Counted from the first letter of the stretch, positions 16,058 to 30,647 are shown. The stretch: 64,000 nt of DNA from the human T2T-CHM13v2.0 reference genome, Homo sapiens (GCF_009914755.1 NC_060935.1), one strand, 5' to 3'. Program-made: numbers and translations. The notes: generated by a model not told the origin, from the sequence alone.

Positions 16058-18389
16058 CATATCTATCCAAGTTTTCTCTATGGGAGAGAGTTGTCTAATT
16101 GTTGGGTCACTAATTGGCTGCCTTTTCTCCTAGGATCCTGGCCTCTTGTCACAGTTTCTAGGGCCCATCCTTAACTTAACCTTACATAACTTCCAAAGCC
16201 AACTTTCTTACCAAAGCTGCCATCGAGAAAACCAAATTTATCTGTTTTTCTTTTGAAAAGCACTTTGCACATTACAGATTGATGCTGAGATGAATTCTAG
16301 GGGCATGGCAAGTGACTACCTGCAACTAAAAACCAACGTTAAAGTCCTTAGCTCTTCATGATCTTGCACCTGCCTAATTACTATCTCTTCTCATCTCTTA
16401 CCTCTACCCCACATACACCCTCCTCACACAGCACACTGAAATGTTAGCGTGACCCTGCAAACCTGCAGATACCACATGTTCTTCCCACTGTTCCTCTGCA
16501 TGTGCTATGTCTTCTGGCTATGACAAGGTGAACATTTACTCCTCTCCCACACTGTTACTAATATCAAACATTCTCCTCCTAGAAATCTCTGTAACTGCCC
16601 GCCCAACAAAGCCTACTTGGGAATCTACTCATTCCACTCCTGCAGCATCTGGGTTATGCCTCAGTCATTTCATTGATCATGATAAATGACTTCTTGTCAT
16701 GGTTTTCCCATGAAATATCATAAACTAAGAAATATTTCAGGACAGAGATTATGCTGTGTTCACTAATGTGTCATTAGTGCTACAACAACAATTATTTATG
16801 TTATTTATGGTAGAGATAATACATGCTTGTTGAATGAATAAATAAATAGTTTCCTAAGAAATTTAATTGTGAGTCTTGGCCACCTAATGTCCTTCCTTAC
16901 CTACTCCCAGATATTTTTGAAGAAGCATCAAAGCATTATTAGATTATCCTATATTTAGTTGAACTAGAAATGAGGAGTATCATGCTTGATTGACACTCTT
17001 ATATAGTGTTGTAATCATTCCTCTCAAATTTACGAAATCATTTCACTCTTCTTTCTTGAAGGACTGAGTAAGCCAAACATGCTGGCAATTACTGAGATGG
17101 GGAAATTCTATCTTAAGCTATATTTTCAGTATGCAGTAAAATACTGTGAATGGATATCTTATAAGGCATTTGTAGTCATGCTTTTGATAGAATTTGAAGG
17201 AAAAAGTGAACTCTGCAAAAAAAAAAAAAAATTGGCTAAGTTGCTTACTTTATCATTTGTAGTGGATTGTGGCAGTTTCTAACATTTTCTTCTCTAGGTC
17301 ATATTCTCCAAGTCACTGTAGTGACAACTAGTGCTTGGAGCATGTTGCTCACAAGGCAGTGCCATGACATAAGCAATTCATAGCTATCTTTGGGATACTT
17401 CCATGCCAGTAATAGAATACAATAAAAAAGCCACCTTAAATATGTCCTCAGAAGACCCTGTCCCCCATTCGTACAGTTAAACATCCCAGCAAATGCATCT
17501 TTTAAGATCACTCTCTTACTGTGTTTTTATTCTAAATGTGTAAGTATATCTGTTCAAAATTCATCTGCATTTGCCACACCGTTCAATCTCTTCTCTGCAG
17601 CCCACCTAAATAGCTTCACATCTGTTATTTATAAAGGGAATACCTACTAATTCTTAGGAGTTTGTTTTCTCTCATGCTTGCGTCTATTTCTGTTGGCAGT
17701 AGAAATTGTCCAGTGCTAATGAGAACAGCGATTTCCAAAATTCAGCCACTTTTAGGTGAATACTATATAATTTTTATTAACTTACCTATGCTTTAACTTT
17801 CTCACCTCATGACTGCCCTTCAACATTTTATGTTAAAGGTTTGACCCTGCTCATGCTGCTTCCCCGAGAGTTGCTTGTTAACATTGAAAATTTATATTTG
17901 AAACTTTCCAGCATAATTTTAGCAATCATTTGACCACTGGTTACCCAAAGACAACTTGGTCACTGGTGCCCCAAGGCGACCAGCAGTGTTGTGCCACATA
18001 AAATGAATTATGATTAAGATTTTAAGTGTCTGAGATATTATTAGGAAAGAGAAGAAAAACATTACACTACAGAGTTGTCCATGCAGCTAAATTTGGTCTG
18101 TTTTAAACAAAAATCTTTATGTAGAGATATCTGTTCTTACTGTAGTTTTAGGTCCCTAACATTTTGATTTAAAATGTCCTTATGTATAAAATGACATATG
18201 CATAAAATGATCATTGATTTTTAAATGCCCTTGTGTGACAAAATAAAAAAAAATTTGAAACTTACACTGATGACTAAATATACTTTTCGGGAATTTTATC
18301 AGTCTTTGAATTTCAAAAGTAGGGAAATCATTGTCATAGGCAAAAATCATTCTTGATAAACAAAGTATGAGGTAGAATTACACAGAATT

Positions 18390-18570
18390 TACTATGTGCT
18401 TGATCCTGTTTTAAATATGAGGATTAAATGAATTTAATCCTTGTAATAAACCTGTGAGAATGGTACCTTTATCAGGTCCGTTTTACACACTAAGGTTTAG
18501 AGAGGTTGTATAACTTGTCCTAGGTCACAGAGCCGCTAAGAAGCGGAGACAGAGTTTGAACTGGTGGAGT
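18390..18570 (-). mobile_element. MIR
   Basis: tactatgtgc...atttaatcctt...ccgttttacac...aggtttagagaggttgtataacttgtcctaggtcacagagc matches the MIR core. Confidence 0.7.
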
Positions 18571-19169
18571 TTAACTGTGATCATCATATCTTTCTTAAGT
18601 TCAAATGTTACAAAAGGCAGAACTTATTTGCAAACTTGGCACCCCTACTTGGAGTAATTGTGCCAGTTTAGTCTTGATTTTCCCCACTCTATTTCCTGGC
18701 ATCATTGACTTCCTCCACTCATGCTCAGGCATAACTGAAACTCAGTAACATCTGAATGCCTTTTCCCCAGAGCTGGTCTGAAGATCTAAATATATTTGAA
18801 TCAATTAGATTAGTGCTTGAGATAAGAAATCACTAAAAAGCTGGTAGGCATTAACATATTTTTTTCAAAAGAAGAGCTTACCCAAGCCTCACTTCTCTAA
18901 GTTCTCTTCCTGGGCACAGCACCCCCTTAGTTTCCTGCCTGGAGACAAGTTTCGGCTTGGAGCCTGGCTTCACTAAGTCTCTCTTTCTCTCTCTCTGGCT
19001 CTCTGTCTCTCTTTCTCTCTCTCTCTCTGTCTCTGCCAAACAATGTCATTCTCCCCTTGAGCTAGTCACTGGTCAAGGTCAGGTATATTCTCTTTTTCAG
19101 GGAGTTAAGTTTATAATGATAATAACAAGAGAAACATTCTGAAAGAGAAACAACAAAAACAAGCATTCA

Positions 19170-19370
19170 GTGATGTTTACAAAGTGTCACATACTGTCTT
19201 ACACTGTCTTAATGCTTTATATACATAATCTCATTTAGTCCTCACAAGAACCCAGTTACCATTGTGATCGTCATCTTACTAATAAAAGAAACAAATACAG
19301 AGACATTAAGCACTTGCCCAATACTATGTAGCTAGAGAATTGTATGGTCAGGATTTACCCTCAGGAAGAC
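19170..19370 (-). mobile_element. MIR
   Basis: atgctttatatacataatctcatttagtcctcacaagaaccc...gacattaagcacttgccca. Confidence 0.65.
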
Positions 19371-19951
19371 TGTTTTGGAAGCACTGGGGAACTACCGTGA
19401 GAAAGTCAAGAATAGCATTCTGTTATTTATTCTGTGCCTCTCCTGAAAGTCTGATAATTGGAGTTCAAGTAGACATTTGAGATTTTTGTCTTTGCATTAT
19501 AATTGATTTTGACAAGTAGATCTCTGTCATAAATATCATGATAAGCAGGCTACTATCCAACTCCCAGGTATGACCTTTTTATTCACTTTTTGATGGATCT
19601 CTTAAAATCTTATTTCAGGCTCAGAAACTGGAACCTACCACTTGCTGACACTTTTACCACTATTGACTCAATGGTCTGGTAGATCACTGCATATAATTAG
19701 TACCTGGTTTCCTGTTTTGTTTATTTATTGAGAAATCTGTAGTCACATAAGAGAGCCCTAATATCATTTATATTACTGGGAGTTCATCTCTCACGTGTCA
19801 TCATACCTCTTGGGTACCACACTTTGTAGCCATTTATACAACCTGAGGTAGGCTCTGCTATCCCATTCTCAAATCTAACCCATCTCCCAGCTAGAAGATC
19901 TAGTTAAAGATCTCAGCCCTCCCTCCCTGTATTGTCTCACTGTAGTCAACA

Positions 19952-20670
19952 TACTACCCGTGGTGAATCTGTACGAGTCTGTAGCAACTCAATTCTTGTC
20001 TCCTTGGAGGGAGGAATTCAGCCAAGGGGTATAAGGCAGAGGGAGAGACCGAGGCAAGTTTTAGGGCAGGAGTGAAAGTTTATGAAAACGTTTTAGAGGA
20101 GAAATGAAAGGAAGTAAAGTACACTTGTAAGAGAGCCAAGGGTGGGACTTGAGAGATCCAAGTCCTGTCCAGCCCTTGAATTGGGGATTTTTTATACATT
20201 GGCATGGTTCCAAGGTTTGCATTTTTTTCCCCCTAATTCTTCCCTTGAAGCAGGCTGTCCACATGTGCAGTGGCCTGCAAGCATTTGGAAGGGACAGCAT
20301 GCACAGTGTATTTACTGAAGTTGTATGCATCCTTACTTGAAGCACTTTTCTCTTACCAATTGAGCATTCTCAGAGAAGGGTCCTATACCCATTAAACTCT
20401 GTTATTTTGTCTCTTAGTGCGTATGCTTGAGCCTGCTCACCCAGCTCCTGAGTGCTTATTGGGAAGCGGCTGATCGCCAGCTCCAGGTGCTTTCTATCTA
20501 TTGGGAGACTGTTTTCTCCTGGCACCAGCTGTGACCAATTTCTATTTTAGAGAGCCAGTTTAACAACTGCTTGACCATCACTTGATAGTGGCCTGACATT
20601 CCTGAGACTGGGTGGGGTTGGGGAGGACTCTTTTGTCTTGCTCATGTCTGAACTGCTACCTACTTTAACA
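19952..20670 (-). mobile_element. ERV1 solo LTR, MER50-like
   Basis: gaatctgtacgagtctgtagcaactcaattcttg...ggcagagggagagaccgaggcaagttttag...gctacctactttaaca. Approximate 4-bp TSD aaca/gaca. Confidence 0.7.
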
Positions 20671-23600
20671 GACAGACCTTTATCTAACTTTATTTTTAAT
20701 TTCCCCCATGTTATATGCCTATAGATATACATTATTTTATCTTTGACAATTTAGAACTGAGTTATGTTCCTGACCCAAAACTGTTCTTTCTTAAGCATTC
20801 ACTCCTTTTTCATAACGCTTTCCATTGCTACCTGATTTTTTAAATATTTCTCTCTGTATCCTATGTAGACAAATTCTTACTTCTCAACCCCTTTACTAAT
20901 TTTCTTTCCAGAATTTTATAAACTGTAAAAATAAGGGTAGTGAGGATTCTTAGAGAATATCTAAGAATGTCTGGAAAAGGTGTTTAGCTATTTTCTTATA
21001 CATGTATTTCTCTATTTTTAGCAGGGATGCTAAGACACTGGCCTAATGGGAGGAATAGATTAGATGAGAAATCAATTATCTTATCTCTGTGATATAGGAT
21101 TCCCCTCATTATAGTAACTATGTTAAATTTTTATAAGATTTTAATTTTGTAGTGCAACATATTACATTAAATTAATAATCACATTATTATTTTTAATTAA
21201 AATGTCAGATACCTCAAACTTTTGGAAAAAAAATAAAAAGTCTCTTTTCCAAGGCCTTGCTACAAGTCTTCAAGGTAAGAAGGCTTTTAATGAATAGACT
21301 CTGCATACCAGGGTTTATTTGTTTGTTTAAAGCAGTTTTGTTTCTAGATTTTGTTTTAATTTCACTTTTACAAAAGCTCATAGAAGGTGATTTCCAGGGA
21401 AGTTAGAGACCTAAGCTCTGGATCCTCCTGTTGCACAAACTTATTTTATGGTCCTGAGAAGTATCCTATCAATGTGTTCACATGTTCTTGGATTTTTGTA
21501 ATATTTGCTAAAGTAAAATATTTAAACTTCATTTGGTTAAGATTACAATTTATTTCCACTCTGATATCCTTCAAAGTTGCTTCCTTTTGTGTCTAATATT
21601 ATTTTTGTAATAGAATTTTGGTGATCCATCTAAAAGAAGAAGTTGAGTTGAGGCTATATAACGGAGTATGTGTATATAGCTCACAGTCAATTATGTTACT
21701 CTCTACCAACTGTAGTGAGAATAGTATACTCCTATCACCAACTCTACCAGCTTCTGGGGTTATGATTGGAAGGTACAGGCTAGTAGACTAAACAGGAACT
21801 GAACATGTTCTAGATGCTGAACAGCCAAAATTTCTCATAGTGGGAGAGAAATAATTTTTGAAAGATACAGAACCAGAAAATGTAATTTGTAAACTGCTTC
21901 ATTTAAGAGCACAAATTTTAAGATGATAATTCAGTTTTCATCAATGTCTAGATGTTTTCTGTTTAACAACAACATAGATGTTGTTTTCTGTTTAAAAATA
22001 ATGCAGTTTTCATAATTATAAACATATAGATTCTCTTAAATTGTGTCAATGGGAATGTCAGGAAATAGAATTTATCAGAATTCCTATGTTTTTTTACAGC
22101 AAAAAATCTGTAACAATACAACAAACAACATGTGTATTGCCACATGTTCTAAGCAGTCCATTGTTTCAGATCATGTTGTTCAGTACCTGATACGTTTTAT
22201 CCTGAAGATATCTGGAAATCTCAGTCAAAATTGTAGAGAAGTTACCTACAATGCAGAGAAATTACCTCACAAAATTAGTGTTCCCTTAAAAAAATTTACA
22301 TATTCATCTCTAAGCTAATACTAATAGCAAAAATAGTGGTATATTAGGTAATTTACTAATAAAATAGTATCTACTTCTATAAATTTGAAAATGCTTGTGG
22401 TTAGTTTTGTAAAACTTGTGAATCATTTTTTTCTCTTTCAAATAAATACCCATTTTTCCCTCATATTCTGTTTTTTTTTTTTTCAAAGTAACCCCTGTAT
22501 TTCAAGACCCACCAAATCTGGACTTGCTCCTAAAATAGACAGATAGGAAGGTAAAGTAAGTGTCTCCTTCAGGTATATAAAACCTAGAATTTGGAATATT
22601 TCAGAATTTTATGGAATAAGATATTTTTATGAGAACAATGTTATGAATAAATAAGAAAAAGAGCAAAGAGTACCATTGTATTAGAAAGATGGACTGGTGG
22701 AAGGAGACTTAACAAGTTGTTATTTGGGAACTTGTATAACTTTGGAAAAATATTTATATGTGTGATGTCTGGCCCTGAACACTCTTTGATGTTAACTCTA
22801 TGGGTGGCAACCTGTGAGCTACCAAATGGGACTCTTTTACTCATGTATTTTTTGTGACTTGGGGTCATGATTCATAAGGCCAGCATTCACAAGAATAAAG
22901 AGTTCAAAGATTCATTTAGTAGATTCATGACAGAATAGGAATATTCTTACTGCACTAATTATACAATTATTTTTATATAGGAAAACTAACTAAAATATTA
23001 TATGTTTTCTAAACTTCACAGATAAAATGATCTCATATAGATTATTTCTGAATAGGTTATATTCATGCTTACATGGCATTTTACGTTTTTTTTTTCTATT
23101 CTTATTTCTTGATATTCACTATCACCCACTTATGCATCAGCTTCTTCAGGGATGGTGGAATTCTAAAGCAATCTAATATTTTACAGAGATCAAAAGAGTT
23201 TTGTTGTGAAGAAGTAATTGTTGTTACAGAGCTTCACAGGTTACCCAAATGGCCCCAACTCATCCTATGCAGAAGCAAAAAGTGCTGAAAAATGGCCGTA
23301 TCAGGTTCTACGTTCCTGCAACTTACTAATAAGTGCTGGCAAAACAAATAAGTCACAAGCAGGTGATACAAGTAAAAACAAGGAAAGTAGTAAAGGCTAT
23401 TCTAAGAATATACGGTCTTTTTTAGCATGAAGTTAAGCTTTTCAAACCCAAGTTTTCAAAGAAAGAAAAGTAGCCAAAATATGAGTTTTCTGTTCACTGT
23501 AAAAAGAAAAAGCGGACACTTTTTTGTTACACTGTAACATTACACGTAGTACCAAAAAATTGAAATAAATGTGATATCTCTGCAGCATATTTAGTGGCAT

Positions 23601-25491
23601 TATTTTACATTCAGCCCAGTTTCTTCATCATAAAAGTACATAGCTAAAAAGTCAACAAGTTTTTTCAGCCACATATTGTGCCATTTGGCTATATATTGAG
23701 AAAAAAATAAATGAGTTTTTTCTTACACTATACATAATTAAGTAGAGGTTGACACAAATTAAACTAAGTGTTACTCTTAATTCCTAATTTAGGAGAATAT
23801 TAAATTATTACCTTAAAATTCATAAAACAAAGAAAATACATTTAAGGATAAAAACACATGGCATTTTCCCTTCAAATAACTGCATATGGGAGTCTATTTG
23901 ATTTTCACAGCTGCTATTTCATTTTTTTCTTTGACATTACCTCATTTTTGACTGACAAGTTTTTTTTTATGTTTCTCCCTAGATTTTACAAAATGAGCCT
24001 AGATTATATGTTCTTCACTAAAAGTGAGCAAAAATATATTTTTGCTACCATACCAGGTACCATTGAAATAACTGATTAAGAATTCACAGTCTTGGCTTTC
24101 TCTTATTTAGTATATTGTTTGATTTTTACAGTTTGATTTTTCTTCCAGTTTTCTTCATTCTTCTGTATTCCTGCATTTTTTATTCTTGTTCAATAATATC
24201 ATTTTGTTGTTGTTGTTTTTAAGCATGGTTTTTATACAGCATTGGGTGATTTATTGTATGACTATGCCACTAGAATGGCAATATTTTCTGTGAAATTTAA
24301 CATAATACATCACAGAGGCAGCTGATCTTTTTCACAGGACTATCTAAGAAATAAACCTTCATAAATGATAGGATAGAGTGTTTTAAAGATGATTACTTCA
24401 GAAGAATCAATATATGATTTAAGAGATTGAGTTACTGTTTTCCATATATTTTATCTTAATTAAAATAAATGATTATTCCTACAAATAAAAGGAAACTAAA
24501 TCTATGTTTATTAAAAATACACAAACAGGAAGTTTTATTTTCACACAAAGAAAGTTTAAAACTCAACAATAAAACAAGGAAAACTAGAGATCTTTGTTTT
24601 TCATAAAAGAAACTATGCACTTCATTTATTAATCCTTTGAACAAAGACTTATTTTTTTCTGTACTGCATAGAAGCAGCTTAGACTTTAGTGGAGTATAGA
24701 ACTTACCAAAGAAAAGCAGAGACAAAAGACACAATCACTGTACATTATGCCTGTAAAATGGGAGTTGATATATGAATACATTTAAAAGCTGAATAGTAAA
24801 AATATGAAAGAGGTGTACAGATGGAGAAGATATAACAATGACCAATAATTGTACAAAATCATGCCTACCCTCTCCAGTTTCCAGAAAAAGGCAGTGTAGA
24901 GCAAACAGATTTGAAGAAAAAAATTAAAAGGATTAATAATAACCCAAATATATTTAGGATGAGGAAAAAGAGATGCTTTCATACATATCATTGGTGGACA
25001 TATAAAATGCAAAATTCAGAGAGCAATTTGGAAAAAAATAAAGTGGCCATAAAATAAGGAAATCTCAATTATTTCTGTTTCTTTTCAAAACTTTATATTT
25101 CACTCTAAGTAAAAGGCAACAGTTTTTAAATATTCTAAAAGCTCTAAGCTTCTTAAACCTTCTGACATTTTCTCCTCCTACTTGCCTGTTGCTCACTGCT
25201 TGGCCCATGTAGATCTCTTTGATATTCTTCCAATACATTATGTGTTGTTCCAGTTCAAGGATTTATTTTGTTTTCTTAGTTTAGAATGTTATTTCCCCAT
25301 ATATCTATCTGTTCAGCTAACTTCTTCACCTCCTTTGGCCTTTGCTTAAATCTTACTGTCTCAAAGAGACTCACCTTGACTACCTTACTCAACACTGTAA
25401 TGTCAGTCTTTTGTGTTTATTGTTTTCAATGATTTATCTCAGGTGTCTAGAACTCACTTTAGCAAATACTTATAGAATTAATAGAAGTACT

Positions 25492-26082
25492 TGGAAGACA
25501 GTGTGGTGATTCCTCAAGGATCTAGAACCAGAAATACCATTTGACCCAGCAATCCCATTACTGGGTATATACCCAAAAGATTAGAAATCATTCTGCTATA
25601 AAGACACGTGCACACATATGTTTATTGCAGCACTGTTCACGGTAGCAAAGACTTAGAACTAACCCCAATGCCCATCAGTGATAAACTGAATAAAGAAAAG
25701 GTGGCATATATACACCATGGAATACTATGCAGCCATAAAAAAGAAAGACTTCGTGTCCTTTTCAGGGACATGGATGAAGCTGGAAACCATTATCCTCAGC
25801 AAACTAACACAGAAACAGAAAACTAAACGCCGCATGTTCTCACTCATCATGGGAGTTGAACAATGAGAATACATGGACACAGGGAGGGGAACATCACACA
25901 TTGGGGCCTATCAGGGGGGCTGTGTAGGGGGCAAGGGGAGGGAGAGCATTAGGACAAATACCTAATGCATACGGGGCTTGAAACATAGATGACAGGGTGA
26001 TAAGTGCAGCAAACCACCATGGTACATGTATACCTATGTAACAAACCTGCATGTTCAGCACATGTATCCCAAAATTAAAAAA
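25492..26082 (+). mobile_element. 5'-truncated L1PA (L1PA7/8-like), ORF2 end plus 3' UTR
   Basis: tggaagacagtgtgg...ccatttgacccagcaatcccattactgggtatatacccaaa...gtaacaaacctgcatg. TSD agaagtact at 25483-91 and 26083-91. Confidence 0.92.
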
Positions 26083-26315
26083 AGAAGTACTATGTCCAAA
26101 AAGTTTTCTCTATTTCAACATTGCCTAGCAATAAAAAATATATGGATACATTTTAAATGTCTATCAGTACAAGCCATTGTTATATCAATTCTAGGAAATA
26201 TTATGCAAGATTTAAATAAATGTGGAACATTTATACATTCTCACATGAAATAATACCAAAGACATGTGGGTAAGTGACTAAAGCAAGTTTTAGAATTAGT
26301 AAAATGTGATCTTTA

Positions 26316-26585
26316 AATTTTGTTCATAATTGACATATAATAATTATACATATATATGAGATACAGTGTGATGTTTTGATACATGTATACATTGTGTAAT
26401 GATAAAATTATGGTACTCAGCATATCATTTACCTCAACAATTGGTTATTTCTTTGTGGTGAGAACATTTAGAATGATCTCTTCTAATTATTCTGAAATAC
26501 GCACTATAATACGGTTGACTATAGTCACCTTACTACACTGTAGTACACGAGAACTTATCTGTCTATCTCACTGTAATTTTTTTAC
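26316..26585 (-). mobile_element. L1MA 3' end
   Basis: taattgacatataataattatacatat...tacagtgtgatgttttgatacatgtatacattgtgtaatgat. Confidence 0.8.
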
Positions 26586-28418
26586 TCATTTTCTTAATTA
26601 TATGAAGAGATGGGAGTATCTTCCTTTCAACTTTATGCTTTCTAAAAATGTGGTCCAAATTAATAATAGTTAATTACCTTTTGGGAAAGGAGGGAAAGTA
26701 AATGTGAAAGAGAATGTATACATTGTATGAGTTACTTTCAACAAGAATACAATGATGTATGATTTTTAAATGCTAAAATACATAATAAGATGAGTGATTT
26801 TGACAGGTTCAGAGGAGAGCCAAATTTCTTTGGGATGAGATAGCATTCGAGTGAAAATTTAAAATATGCATATACTTTTCTAAAAAAAAAAGCCTTTGAG
26901 GTGGGGAAAGAATGGGAAAATAAGGCATTTAAGATAGAAGGATATATTGGAATATAATATATGTTCAGAAGTAGAGATTACTTGGGATCGGTATATGTGT
27001 GGGTTCAACAGAAACAGAAACTTCTAGAACTGTGAAGAGCTTATATTTGGGAAGGACAGTAATAGACCTTGCACACAAGGCTTAGGATTTCATACTTTAG
27101 TTTGTGTTAAAGGAAAGCCATGGGGACAGTGGTCTTGGTATTTAAATAGGCCAGTGTCTTGCCAGATATGGTGCTTAAAGAAAACCAGATTGACTATTTG
27201 GGGAACGACAAGACTAAATAATTTTACCTATTTCAACCAGATGTGGTTAGAATTTGCCAAAAAATCTTCTGACAAGGATGTGTCTCTGAAGTTATTGAGT
27301 CACCAGACAAACAAAAAGGGTTACTGTAAACTCATTAAACAAAGATTTATGCTTATTTGTTATTTTTCTCCTTTATAGCTTATCATACAATGTTAATTCA
27401 ATTATCTTTACAATAGAATGTGAATGAGCATAATGTTGGGAGTTGCCACAATTACCTATATATAATCAAACTCCGATGCTTTCAAAAATTGTATCTTTCA
27501 TTCCTCTCACATATAATTTTATTTCTCATTACTTCATAATAACATACTCATCCATTTTTTCTATTATATAGTTAACAAAAATTACTGTGCATCTGCTATG
27601 AACTCTTGACTCTGGTAGGGGATTGGAATAAAATGACAAAAAGAAAAAAAGGTATAACTTTGGAATTCAGTTGGGAAGATATGAAATGTGACAATGAAAA
27701 ACAAATCAGGTTTGATAGGTTTTTTGAACAATCTGAATACAGAAAACTAAAAAATACAGTTTAGATTATAAGAATTTTTATAAACAACATTAACAGAATC
27801 TTAAGAAAAAAAAACATGAGATTGGGTAAGTTGTAGATGATCTCTTTGATGAGATAATTCCCATACTGTTATCTAAAATACATGAGAGAACTAGCTATGC
27901 ATGGATGAAGAAAATCATTTCCAGATACATAAACAACAGTAAAGAACTTGAATAAAAGAAAAACCTGTTACCTTGGGTTTGGTAAAGATTAGCATGGCTA
28001 GAGTTACATAAACTAGGAGAAATATATGGATTAAATATGAAATTAGGCAAGGTCTAAATGATTAAGGTCTGTTAAGGTCAAGGAAAAGACTTTGGATTTT
28101 CTTTTCCATGGATTGTGATGCCATCATATACTATTAACAAACTAACAAAAGGAAACAAGTTAACAATTAACATTTCTGAAAGAAATTAACCAGGCTACTT
28201 GTGAAAAATTGATTGAAGGGAGTGTCATTATTGTAAGCAGAAAAGCCAGTTAGGAGGTTATGGCTTTATCCAAGGTGAATTAGAGTGTAAATAGGCAAGT
28301 TAAGAGATCTATGTATATGAGGGAGCTTTAAAAAGTTTGTAGAAAAATGGAATGACAAGATAAAAATAAGAAGTATAAACTTCATTTTTTAACATATGCT
28401 CCAAGAACTTCAAGACAC

Positions 28419-29212
28419 TGAAACTTCCTTTGCAAAAATTATTACAGTGTAAAAAATCTGACACAGCAGACTCTATCTTGCCTCTAACCTCACAAGCTAA
28501 CTACCTTTGCCCATTTTTAGGCCTAGGCCAAGATAACCATGGAAGAAATTTAGTTTGTAGTTTAATCTTAAAGCAAGGGCGATAATAGCTCCTTTCCAAA
28601 ACTACCTCCCTCTTCATTTGGAAACCAAAACTGCCTTGGTAAAACTAACCAAAGATGACAAGATTAGAAATCTGAGAGGAGTCTGAATTCTGCTAATGCA
28701 GTTAAGCAATAACCAGCCATTGTTTCTTAGTTGTCTTACTGCTCCAGAGTCATGTAGCTGGATATCATAAGATTTGCAACTTCTCTGGTTTCTCCTACAG
28801 ATAACATCACCATTATAAAGCCTAAGGTTGGTCTTGAGATATTTTTCAGACTTTTGCATTCTGATAAACTGAATGACGCCACTTGGATCCATGACTCACA
28901 CTAAGGAACTGATTCAGCTGGTCCTGTGACCCCCACCCAGAAGCTGACTCAATGCACAAAGACCGTTCTGATGTTCCTATGATTTAATCTCCAACCAATC
29001 AGGAACACTCATTCCCTAGACCCCTTCCTGCCAAATTGTCCTTAAAAAATCCTAGCCTCCAAGGCTAGGGATGGAGGTGGATTTGAGAAATATCTCCTGT
29101 CATTCCACTTGGCTGTCTTGTGATAATTAAACTCTTTCTTTTCTGCAACACTGCTGTCTCAGTGTATTGGCTTAACTGTGCAGTAGGCAAGAAGAACCAC
29201 TGGGCTGTAAAA
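28419..29212 (+). mobile_element. LTR8-family ERV1 solo LTR
   Basis: Starts tgaaacttcctttgcaaaaattat, contains gactctatcttgcctctaacctc, ends ggcaagaagaaccactgggctgtaaaa. Confidence 0.8.
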
Positions 29213-29775
29213 CTACTTTTGTAACTGATAAAACCAGAAATTCAGCCTACCCTCCAAAAATGAGGGTGCTGAAATTTTATCCATATTAATGCAGTATTTT
29301 TACATTATTAATTTAATGAAATACTTTGAGCATCCCAGAAAAGTGTTGCTAGGACCTTTGTTCCTAACTGATGCACTTTTGCTTTGACTTGAACACTTCA
29401 ACCTTTTGGTAGCCATTGATATTATTGTGCTTTGTCTTCAGAATCATACTGGCAAAGCCATATTTTATCTCCTTTTATAGTTCTTCAAAAAAGGCTTCAG
29501 GATTTTGATCTCTCTTGTTTAAAATATTCATTGAAAGCTTGGCTCTTGTCTGCAATGATTTTGGCATCCATTGCATAAAAATTTGCTCAACTTTAAATTT
29601 TTAGTCAGAAGTGTGTAAGCTAGTGTTGGCTAGTGTTTCTGCTGTATAATTGTTGATTCTCTTCAATTAGGACACAAATAGAGAATTTTTTTCTTCTAGC
29701 AACTTGATGCAGTTTTCTGCAGCTGCCAGCTTCATCCTCAACATCATCTCATCCCTTCTTAAAACCAGTTATCCA

Positions 29776-30078
29776 GGCCAGGCTCACACTTGTAATCCTC
29801 TCACTTTGGAAGGCTGAGGCAGGTGAATTACTTGAGCTCAGGACTTTGAGACCAGCCTGGGCAACAACTGGAGACCCAGTCTCTACAAAAAAAATATAAA
29901 AATTAGCTGATTGTGGTGGTGCACACCTGTAGTCCCAGTTATTTTAGAGGCTGAGATGAGAGGATCGATTGAGCCTGGGAGGTCAGGCTGCAATGAGCAG
30001 TGATTGCCCCATTGCACTCTATCCTGGGTGGCAGAGAAAGACACTGTCTGAAAATAAATAAATGAAAACAAACCACAG

Positions 30079-30080
<2 letters not shown>
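29776..30080 (+). mobile_element. AluJ
   Basis: J diagnostics ttgagctcagga and ggatcgattgagcctgggaggtcaggctgca. The tail runs into (CA)n. Confidence 0.9.

Positions 30081-30122
<42 letters not shown>
30081..30122. repeat. (CA)21 microsatellite in the Alu tail
   Basis: Pure AC run. Confidence 0.95.
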
Positions 30123-30124
<2 letters not shown>

Positions 30125-30647
30125 AACAATAACTCTCTCTATTCATTTGCAAACTACTGATTTCTTTGAAGCTTTGTCCCCGTAAGATTTCTATAAAGCA
30201 TCAGTGATTTAACCTTTCTTCCACCCACGCTTCACCATAAATTTTATGTTTGTTCTTGCTTCAATTTTACTAGAATCCATGTTGCTTTGATAGGGGACCT
30301 TTTCAAACTGAGGTCAACAAATTTTTGGTGCAAAAACTTTTGAATTCCCTGCATAGTTTTTTTCATAATTCACATTTTTCATGAACTTTTTGAAGTTCCT
30401 TCATATTTGAAATACATTTTGGAATTAAAATTGACAGACATTACAGATGCATTGAATACTAAAGGTAGAAAAATGAATATATCAGATATGAGTATCTTGT
30501 TTGAGAACTAGGAAGGTTGTTTTACTGATGAGATAAACAAGGAAAGCACACAGAAGTTTTTGGGGGGACATGGTAAGCCTAAGATATAGATGGAAATGTG
30601 ACGGTAGATGGATATATAGATATGGAGCTAAGAACAATAGCCTTGGC

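Larger units (their letters stand above)
28318..30403 (-). mobile_element. HSMAR2 mariner transposon, both TIRs, internally deleted, interrupted by LTR8 and AluJ/(CA)n
   Basis: TIRs tgagggagctttaaaaagtttgtagaaaaatg and catttttcatgaactttttgaagttccttca with TA flanks. The - strand ATG at 30280 gives MDSSKIEARTNIKFMVKRGWKKG*ITDAL*KSYGDKASKKSVVCK*, the Hsmar2 transposase N-terminus. Confidence 0.9.
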
